Positions 57,875-64,000 of a DNA stretch of 64,000 nucleotides are shown piece after piece. The notes beneath the pieces were generated by a model, which made no database searches, was not told the origin of the DNA, and saw only the letters and a program-made list of their open reading frames with translations. The position numbers and the translations under genes were made by a program. The DNA lies in the IMG/VR virus record IMGVR_UViG_3300010283_000223, one strand, 5' to 3'. The stretch is from an uncultured virus (IMG/VR IMGVR_UViG_3300010283_000223). Taxonomy: Duplodnaviria > Heunggongvirae > Uroviricota > Caudoviricetes. Numbering within the stretch: the first letter of the stretch is position 1; each line of letters starts with the position of its first letter.

Positions 57875-59007
57875 TATCTGGCTCCTCTCTGACACTTGAC
57901 GCATAACGGTTGTCCGAATTTGTTAAGTGAATAATTATAAACATTTGGCGTAATTGGTGAGCCGCAATTACTGCAAGCAAGTTCTTCATTCTCCGGTTCA
58001 TTATTGACATTTTCAATGTTTTGTATTTCCTGCTCACTCTGACTCTCCAAATCATCTTCTGTTGCTGAAGTTTCATCAGCGAGTACATCGCTTTGAAATG
58101 CCGGATTATCTGCAAATTCATCAGGATTAAAGAAATCAATTTTCCTATTGGCGTCTGTATTAATAGTTGTGAGTGCCGGAACTTCTGACCCAAACAAGGT
58201 TCCTATGGAATTCATTCCTTGCGATAACATTGCTCTGCGCACTTCTGGATCGTTATAATCAGGCGAAAATGTAACACGGGGAATTGCAAATGGGTTTTCA
58301 AGTTCTGCTTTTGTATATTGCCCTTTCATCCCGGTAAGAGCTCTAATAACGCGAAGTATAGCTCCCGTCATAGCCTTTTCAGCTGCAGTTTTTCTGAGAA
58401 GCGTCATATTAACCAATACCGAACGTTCAATGTATTTTTCCCTGTCACAATCATCTATCACATATGCTTTGCACGCTTTCCCCCACTTGTTTGTAGCATT
58501 AATCCATTTTCCCTTGAACATTTCTGCGGCGGCTTTTGCGGCTTTTTCGTCAGTAATACCTTTTATGGATTTATCCATAAATTCAATTTTGTAATTGGCC
58601 TCTTCGTCATCTAGTTCAATGGTCTTCCAATCTGCATGAGTTTTTCCGGTACCATCAGGCATGCGCATTGCTCCATAGGCTTTAGCCTTATAAGAGTTAG
58701 CACTTTCCCTCACCACATAGGTATGATTAGGGTCAAACTGTATGCCAGCTGCAGCTGCAATTTTCATTAAAAGTGGCTTTGCAGGAGAAAATGTATCAAT
58801 CCAAATTTCTTTTCCATTTCCATCTTTCGCTTTAACGGATCCTACTTTGAAAATATCTCCAGAATTTTCAGACAAGTCAGCACTCACTTCCATGACTGTG
58901 ACTTTATAGAATGGGTTCAGCTGAACCTCTGTTGATGCCGGCATAAGAAGATTACAGCCGGCGTATCTCTTTTGTATTTCTTCCATAGCATTCATTTTCT
59001 TTTCCAT
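57874..59007 (-). CDS. Conserved hypothetical protein with C-terminal Zn finger (possible recombination protein)
   Basis: C..CG.PI....YS..KFG.PLC..CQ; precedes the exonuclease. Confidence 0.65.
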   Translation of the reverse strand: MEKKMNAMEEIQKRYAGCNLLMPASTEVQLNPFYKVTVMEVSADLSENSGDIFKVGSVKAKDGNGKEIWIDTFSPAKPLLMKIAAAAGIQFDPNHTYVVRESANSYKAKAYGAMRMPDGTGKTHADWKTIELDDEEANYKIEFMDKSIKGITDEKAAKAAAEMFKGKWINATNKWGKACKAYVIDDCDREKYIERSVLVNMTLLRKTAAEKAMTGAILRVIRALTGMKGQYTKAELENPFAIPRVTFSPDYNDPEVRRAMLSQGMNSIGTLFGSEVPALTTINTDANRKIDFFNPDEFADNPAFQSDVLADETSATEDDLESQSEQEIQNIENVNNEPENEELACSNCGSPITPNVYNYSLNKFGQPLCVKCQRGAR

Positions 59008-59058
59008 GTCAATACCTCCATATTGTTTGTTTATTCTTGATTTATAAAGCGATGAATG

Positions 59059-59337
59059 CTACAATATGGATGCAGTGGGAGTGTTCCTGTCTTCGGACGG
59101 AACGCTCTTTTCCATATTGCGAAGCTCCTCGCATAAATCCATTGTAAATTTTGAGAAGGCCAATGATTGAACATATTCAGCCGTAAGCTGGGCCAGATAC
59201 CACGGTTGCATTACTACTGGTCTCTTTTCCATTTTGTAAATATATTTCTGCTTTCTTTTAGCATAAATTAAAGCCTTTTCATAATAAGCATCCGGTATAT
59301 CGGTTTGTAAAATTAACTCAACCTCTCTCTTTGTCAT
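59059..59337 (-). CDS. Hypothetical protein
   Basis: Co-oriented ORF. Confidence 0.6.
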   Translation of the reverse strand: MTKREVELILQTDIPDAYYEKALIYAKRKQKYIYKMEKRPVVMQPWYLAQLTAEYVQSLAFSKFTMDLCEELRNMEKSVPSEDRNTPTASIL

Positions 59338-59662
59338 GTGCTTTTCCTCTCCTGTAATACTTAAAAAATGTATGTATGGCGCAGTAGGATAGTAAAAAAA
59401 CTATTCCAACCAATATGTACTCACCCCCATATGCTTTGTACCCTCTTTTCTGATACGCATACGGAATGGCCTGCATGGCTGTGAAGTACGCCGCTGATAA
59501 AGCAAAGAAAAATTCTATGATACCTACCGTGATGATTTCTGCCACCGAATCCTTCTGTTTTTCTCTTCGCACCGGGGACAAATATACCCTGACTTTGGAA
59601 TCCTCTGTAAGATACTGATATTCCAGTTCAGATTGCACTTTACACACTTTGCTTTCACTCAT
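59318..59662 (-). CDS. Hypothetical membrane protein
   Basis: Two TM segments, RGY.AYGGEY. Confidence 0.65.
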   Translation of the reverse strand: MSESKVCKVQSELEYQYLTEDSKVRVYLSPVRREKQKDSVAEIITVGIIEFFFALSAAYFTAMQAIPYAYQKRGYKAYGGEYILVGIVFLLSYCAIHTFFKYYRRGKAHDKERG

Positions 59663-59671
59663 GTCTGCCTC

Positions 59672-60370
59672 CTACTTATAAAATCTCATTGCGTCGCACT
59701 GATATAGGTAATTCAAATTCCGGCTATGCCAATTATCATCATCTTCACAAGCTTCAAAATACAGGCACCCGTCAGAATAATCATTCGTCGCTGTCCTAAC
59801 AACTTCAACTGCCTCATAGCAATCGTCATTAGGTTCAACTCTGTCCCAACGTCCGTCACCCATGCACGAATACTGGTAAGTTCCACCTGTGCATTGATAA
59901 ATCACATCATGAATGTTACCTGGAAACAAATCGCTCTCCACTCGGTTAAGAACCGACATTATGATCAACGTCTTGCATTGAATTGAACACCCTTCTGCCT
60001 CCGCCATTGCAAGCCTTGCTAATAAATATGTTTCTTCCTCAGTCCAATCTCTTTCATAAGCAAATGCCGGCCACTCAGGAATTGTTTTCATCTCTTTTGC
60101 TTCTTGCATGCGTTCCGCCGCTTCAGCAACCGGTTGTGACTTAATGCTTGTGACATATGTAACTGCAACTCTCTCCGGCTCAAGAGAGGATGATGCAGCT
60201 GCCTTTATCTCCCCTCCTTGCCATACAGCTATTAGTGCGCCTATTACTATCGCTCCGACAGCTGCGCATGAAGTGTTATACGATAACCTTTTCACGACTT
60301 TGCACCTCCGAAAAACAGAATTGTAATTGCCCTCCCCGACCAGCTCTATACATGCTTTGAAGTTTTGCAT
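59672..60370 (-). CDS. Cell wall hydrolase (SleB/Hydrolase_2 family) with N-terminal TM
   Basis: LARLAMAEAEG, VLNRV.S..FP..I..VIYQ. Confidence 0.85.
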   Translation of the reverse strand: MQNFKACIELVGEGNYNSVFRRCKVVKRLSYNTSCAAVGAIVIGALIAVWQGGEIKAAASSSLEPERVAVTYVTSIKSQPVAEAAERMQEAKEMKTIPEWPAFAYERDWTEEETYLLARLAMAEAEGCSIQCKTLIIMSVLNRVESDLFPGNIHDVIYQCTGGTYQYSCMGDGRWDRVEPNDDCYEAVEVVRTATNDYSDGCLYFEACEDDDNWHSRNLNYLYQCDAMRFYK

Positions 60371-60497
60371 TTTCCTGTTTCTTTTCCTGTGTACATGTGC
60401 ACCGTTCTCCCGGATCTAAGTTTCCGTTGCACAAAGGGCACACATTATAGTATCTTTTCGCCATCTCTGATACCTCCTCTCTAAATAAAGCGTTCAT
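60276..60497 (-). CDS. Small Cys-rich protein
   Basis: CPLC..NLDPGERC.C. Confidence 0.65.
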   Translation of the reverse strand: MNALFREEVSEMAKRYYNVCPLCNGNLDPGERCTCTQEKKQENAKLQSMYRAGRGGQLQFCFSEVQSREKVIV

Positions 60498-60672
60498 TGA
60501 AATATTTTCTGGATACCTTTCCTTTGGGATATCTCATGTATCCCTGTTCCACCATTTCATCATTCAGATTTCGGATTATTTCCTGTGCCTTTGTCTGTTT
60601 ACACCCAAGAATTTTCATGACATCCTGCACAGTGTAATAAGAAACCGTGACTTCCTGGTTTATCACTGCCAT
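60481..60672 (-). CDS. Excisionase-like DNA-binding protein
   Basis: YTVQDVMKILG...A..IIR.LN.E...GKV.RKYF.ER. Confidence 0.65.
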   Translation of the reverse strand: MAVINQEVTVSYYTVQDVMKILGCKQTKAQEIIRNLNDEMVEQGYMRYPKGKVSRKYFNERFI

Positions 60673-60687
60673 TCCTTCACCTCCTAC

Positions 60688-61176
60688 CTATTCATCCTTT
60701 CGACAGTTTTTTGTGACCCATGCTTTCAGCTCCTGTGTCACTGCATTCAGTTCATCCAATGATGAAAGCACCTTTTCCAATGTCGGTTGCTCGTCCTCTG
60801 ATATAATGCCGTCTGATACAATATCCAAAAGAGCTTCCTTTGTCTTTGAAATTTTCTGGAACGCTGAAAGAGCCTTAATTGAAATCCTATCGAGGTCCTG
60901 CGCTGTAATCTCCGGAATGTCCCATCCCAAAGGACATAAATTATGACAGTATGTATTGATCAGTTCTGGTGCATTATATAAATCTGACATTTTCAACACA
61001 GCTTCTGGTGTCGGTACACTGATTCCAAGTTCCCAATCAGAAATTGTGGACTCCGATGCATAGCCCAATACTTCTGCAGCGCCAGCTCTACTTTTCAGTT
61101 TGTCGTTATATCTTGCAGCTTCCAATCTAGCCTTGCAAAAGATATTGTTCTTTGCTTTCGTAGGTCTTGTTCCCAT
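60688..61176 (-). CDS. HTH regulator (phage CII-like)
   Basis: SRAGAAEVLG..ESTISDWELG HTH; YC..LCPLG. Confidence 0.7.
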   Translation of the reverse strand: MGTRPTKAKNNIFCKARLEAARYNDKLKSRAGAAEVLGYASESTISDWELGISVPTPEAVLKMSDLYNAPELINTYCHNLCPLGWDIPEITAQDLDRISIKALSAFQKISKTKEALLDIVSDGIISEDEQPTLEKVLSSLDELNAVTQELKAWVTKNCRKDE

Positions 61177-61210
61177 TTATTTTCTTATCCTCCTCGCCAT
61201 ATAATTGATT

Positions 61211-61547
61211 TATCCTATTAGGAAAGTTTAATGGCAAAAAAAATCAATAGGTTTATCAAGTTTTTCGGAAAGGATTTTAGCTTCCTGTAAGGAAATTTTA
61301 GTTTTTCCATTTTCTTTCTTGCTATAAGCAGAAACAGTTTTTAATCCCAGCATTTTTGCCATCTCTAACTGTGTGAATCCTTTCGATTCTCTTAACTCTC
61401 TTAATGGTACATTCACTGCGTATCGTCCTCCCTTCTTTCCTGTTAGGAAATTTATGTTTATATATTATACTTTCCTATATGGAAAGTCAATAGCTTCGAC
61501 GAAACTTTTTTCCAATTAGGAAAATCAAAACATTTCTTAATTGGAAA
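61211..61547. promoter_or_regulatory. Six 15-bp palindromic operators (TTTCC-N5-GGAAA) and the lytic promoter
   Basis: Sites at 61211, 61281, 61436, 61471, 61509, 61533; minus-strand TTGACT(61490-61485) with -10 TATAAT/TAATAT ~61469-61462 brackets the 61471 site. Confidence 0.85.
61228..61416 (-). CDS. Cro-like repressor
   Basis: 62 aa XRE HTH, divergent from CI. Confidence 0.85.
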   Translation of the reverse strand: MNVPLRELRESKGFTQLEMAKMLGLKTVSAYSKKENGKTKISLQEAKILSEKLDKPIDFFCH

Positions 61548-61575
61548 ATGCTATATTGATATAGGAGGTGTTTTC

Positions 61576-62307
61576 ATGAATCGTCTTAAAGTACTACGGG
61601 AATCGAAAGGAATGACTCAGTCTGAACTTGGAAAACTTTTAAATGTAAAAGATGCTGCAATTTCAAAATATGAATCAGAAAAAATTCCGCTAACAGCAGA
61701 TACTATAATGCGATTAACGGAAATATTTTCTGTCTCAGCCGACTACATATTAGGTCTAAATGATTGTGGTTCTGGCAGTCTTGCGTCCTCTCTTGGATAT
61801 AGTGAAGAAGAATCAGATGCCACTACCTTTCCGCATAAGCTAGCATTGCAAATTGATTATGAATGTTCTACTATTCATCAATTAGCAGAAACCATTCATA
61901 TACCAGATCGTGAAATTATCGAATGGCTTTTAGGAAAGAGCACTACTTATCAAAAGTATTATAAAGAATTATCTGCTTTTTTTAACGTAGATGAAAGATA
62001 TTGGAACAGCCCTGGTGCTATTTCTCCGACCATAGAACCAACACTAGATGAGTATTTGCTTATCATTTCTCGGAGAGATTACTTAAAAAACGGCAAATGG
62101 TCCGAATACTCTCCAACGCTCGCAAGTTTTTTTCCTGGGATGACACTACCAGAAACCTTCGAGGACAATAAGGTTTTATCTTCCTTTAAAAATCTTAATG
62201 AAGATAACAAAGATATCATCATAGGTAAAATAAAAGAGTTACTGAAAGAACAAGTCTCTCAATCTGTTGCAGCAGATGGTCAAATGAGAAAAGCGTCTGG
62301 AAAATAA
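61576..62307 (+). CDS. CI-like repressor (two HTH-like domains, no S24 peptidase seen)
   Basis: N-terminal XRE HTH (MTQSELGKLL..ISKYE, VSADYILG). Confidence 0.85.
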   Translation: MNRLKVLRESKGMTQSELGKLLNVKDAAISKYESEKIPLTADTIMRLTEIFSVSADYILGLNDCGSGSLASSLGYSEEESDATTFPHKLALQIDYECSTIHQLAETIHIPDREIIEWLLGKSTTYQKYYKELSAFFNVDERYWNSPGAISPTIEPTLDEYLLIISRRDYLKNGKWSEYSPTLASFFPGMTLPETFEDNKVLSSFKNLNEDNKDIIIGKIKELLKEQVSQSVAADGQMRKASGK

Positions 62308-62343
62308 TTAGCCTCGAATGGTACCGGGGCAGAAAGAATAGTC

Positions 62344-63114
62344 ATGACAAGTAAGAAACCTATTGGTTTTCACGCTATTGATAGAATTAAACCTTCTTAT
62401 CGCCAAATATGTAACGGTAGATTTGCATTAATGGGACGCATTGATTTTTATGATATAGAAATTTTTTTCTGGAAAAATAATTCCAAAAATTATAAATTAG
62501 CTTCTTTCCTATGTTCAATCTTCCCGGAGCATATAACACCAGAGGAAGATAATAATTATTGCAATTATGCACTGTTATCTTCCGAAAAAGATTTTTTATT
62601 CTATTTTGACGCATTGAAAGAGTTATTGTCTATTATATATGGTTGGAAGTACATAGAATTATATGTTAATCATGAACAATGTTTTCCAGATGAACTATCA
62701 ATATACATTCATACTCTTATAGGCCTGTATCCAGCCCGCTCACAGTATTATGATGTTCGAGCGGCAATTAAGGATTTTCGTAATCCATGGTTGCATGAAA
62801 AAAATCTATATCATATAGTGTATGATCTTTTTCCCGAATATACTGTAGTACCACACTATAGATCAAAATGGCTTGAAAATCTTGAACTCGATATTTATAT
62901 TGAGAACATTGATCTAGCCATAGAATATCAGGGCGTGCAGCACTATAAGCCATTAAAACATTGGGGTGGAGAAGAAGGATTTCTGAAAAGGCGTGTTAAT
63001 GATATTCGCAAGAAACGCCTGTGCGAGATCCATGGTACTTCTCTGATTTATTTTTCATATCTCGATGAAATAACGGAGGGATTTGTGAAAAGCAAACTAA
63101 TTAAGTATTTTTAA
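62344..63114 (+). CDS. Hypothetical protein with C-terminal PD-(D/E)XK-like endonuclease domain
   Basis: LELDIYI...LAIEYQG.QHY...D..K...C. Confidence 0.7.
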   Translation: MTSKKPIGFHAIDRIKPSYRQICNGRFALMGRIDFYDIEIFFWKNNSKNYKLASFLCSIFPEHITPEEDNNYCNYALLSSEKDFLFYFDALKELLSIIYGWKYIELYVNHEQCFPDELSIYIHTLIGLYPARSQYYDVRAAIKDFRNPWLHEKNLYHIVYDLFPEYTVVPHYRSKWLENLELDIYIENIDLAIEYQGVQHYKPLKHWGGEEGFLKRRVNDIRKKRLCEIHGTSLIYFSYLDEITEGFVKSKLIKYF

Positions 63115-63410
63115 TGGAGGTATTCAGCATGAGACAACCTGAACCCTCACAAATGATGAATCCAGAAATTACTTTAAGAGAAAAAGTCCTTGGAGAACTC
63201 CTAAACACTCCTCTCGCTGATGCAATGGAGCATGACGAGGAATTTGAAAGGATGATTGAAGAACGGTTATCACACCTTGACGATCTCTCCAGAAGCGAAT
63301 TCTATCGTTTAAGGAAAGACCGCAATAAAATAGGTGTACTTTCGCAAAAAGACCTTGATATGCTGACATTAGAGGCAATGGAAAGGTCCTACAAATACAG
63401 AACAGAATAA
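63114..63410 (+). CDS. Hypothetical protein
   Basis: 98 aa ORF, GGAGG before internal ATG. Confidence 0.6.
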   Translation: MEVFSMRQPEPSQMMNPEITLREKVLGELLNTPLADAMEHDEEFERMIEERLSHLDDLSRSEFYRLRKDRNKIGVLSQKDLDMLTLEAMERSYKYRTE

Positions 63411-63502
63411 ATCTACTTGGAAGGTACTCGATGTACCTGCCAAGGGAGCTGATGGGGCGATTATGTCGGCTGCCGGACACTTATGGAAGGGAGCTGGTGC
63501 CA

Positions 63503-63586
63503 ATGGTTACATACACGGATCTGATCCAATTTGTAATTATGCTTTGTGCAATCGTTACTCTTGTTATCAATATACACAAAAAATAG
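63503..63586 (+). CDS. Type I toxin-like hydrophobic peptide (27 aa)
   Basis: MVTYTDLIQFVIMLCAIVTLVINIHKK; AAGGGAG RBS. Confidence 0.7.
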   Translation: MVTYTDLIQFVIMLCAIVTLVINIHKK

Positions 63587-63673
63587 CGCCCTCGCTCTGG
63601 TAAAGTAAGGCGCTATTTTTAATGCTGCATTTTGCCGGCGGCTAGGTATACTCTAGCCATTGGCTCTCTTGTT
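63575..63673 (-). ncRNA. Putative antisense RNA antitoxin (ends approximate)
   Basis: Minus promoter TTGACT(63709-63704)-18-TATAAT(63685-63680); terminator AAAAATAGCGCC...GGCGCTATTTTT at 63579-63620. Confidence 0.55.
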
Positions 63674-63720
63674 AAGTACATTATAGTACCTTCTTTCATA
63701 AAAAGTCAAGGAGGCTATAT

Positions 63721-64000
63721 ATGCCAGCATACAAAGAAGACAACGGAACCTGGACCTCCAAATTCAAATACAAAGACTGGCGTGGAGAAAAAAGACAAAA
63801 GACAAAGAGAGGTTTTGAGCGGAAAAAGGATGCTTTGGATTTTGAAACTGAATTCAAGGCTACTTTCGTGCATTCTGCAGATATTCCATTTACCGTCCTT
63901 GCCAAAAATTATCTGAGTGATCTCACAAAGAACCATAAAATAGAAATAACCACCGCAGAGCGAAAGCAACGGGCTTTTGACAAAATGATCAGTCCTTATT
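63721..64000 (+). CDS. int: Tyrosine integrase, N-terminal part (truncated by the window end)
   Basis: MPAYKEDNGTW..KFKYKDWRGEKRQKTKRGF.RKKDA arm-binding domain; AGGAGG RBS; frame open to the edge. Confidence 0.85.
   Translation, partial: MPAYKEDNGTWTSKFKYKDWRGEKRQKTKRGFERKKDALDFETEFKATFVHSADIPFTVLAKNYLSDLTKNHKIEITTAERKQRAFDKMISPY

Larger units (their letters stand above)
3057..64000. mobile_element. Temperate prophage, contractile-tailed (myovirus-type); right end beyond the window
   Basis: Complete ordered modules: integrase, CI/Cro, replication, terminase, portal, capsid, sheath/tube/baseplate, holin/endolysin; candidate att core at 3057-3071. Confidence 0.95.

Noticed and set aside
5823..60946. 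Numerous plus-strand ORFs (e.g. 5823..6656, 26012..26608, 34346..35047, 48022..48879)
   Set aside because: Antisense to well-supported minus-strand genes, Ser/Phe/Ile-rich, no RBS or motifs
1..64000. tRNA/rRNA genes or a third VR
   Set aside because: None recognised by eye; tRNAscan-SE and a BLASTN of TR against the whole genome would be needed to exclude them

Overview
Almost the whole window (~3057 to beyond 64000) is an apparently intact temperate myovirus-type prophage. Gene content suggests a Clostridia host, probably Lachnospiraceae-like (inference). Read right to left it has: tyrosine integrase (cut by the window edge), a type I toxin-antitoxin locus, a CI/Cro switch with six palindromic operators, a replication/recombination module (SbcD-SbcC fusion, replisome organizer, PcfK/PcfJ, SSB, RecU, a phage-encoded beta-clamp), a symporter + 2 PAPS-reductase-like + 2 ParB cluster, packaging/head genes (portal fused to a Nudix hydrolase and a toxin-like tail), a contractile tail, a complete diversity-generating retroelement (DGR), lysis genes and an amidoligase/GGCT moron. 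The best-supported highlight is that the single DGR template repeat (9840-9968) matches two targets. One is the adjacent tail-region protein (VR 10488-10613, 6 mismatches). The other is an early-region protein 33 kb away (VR 43536-43664, 14 mismatches). Every mismatch falls at a template adenine, and both targets share the IMH and hairpin. The left 3 kb lies outside the predicted att core (a guaA-3'-end-like 15-mer) and holds an IS end, a disrupted gene and an HD-phosphohydrolase cassette. Protein family names come from motif recognition and synteny, not database searches.
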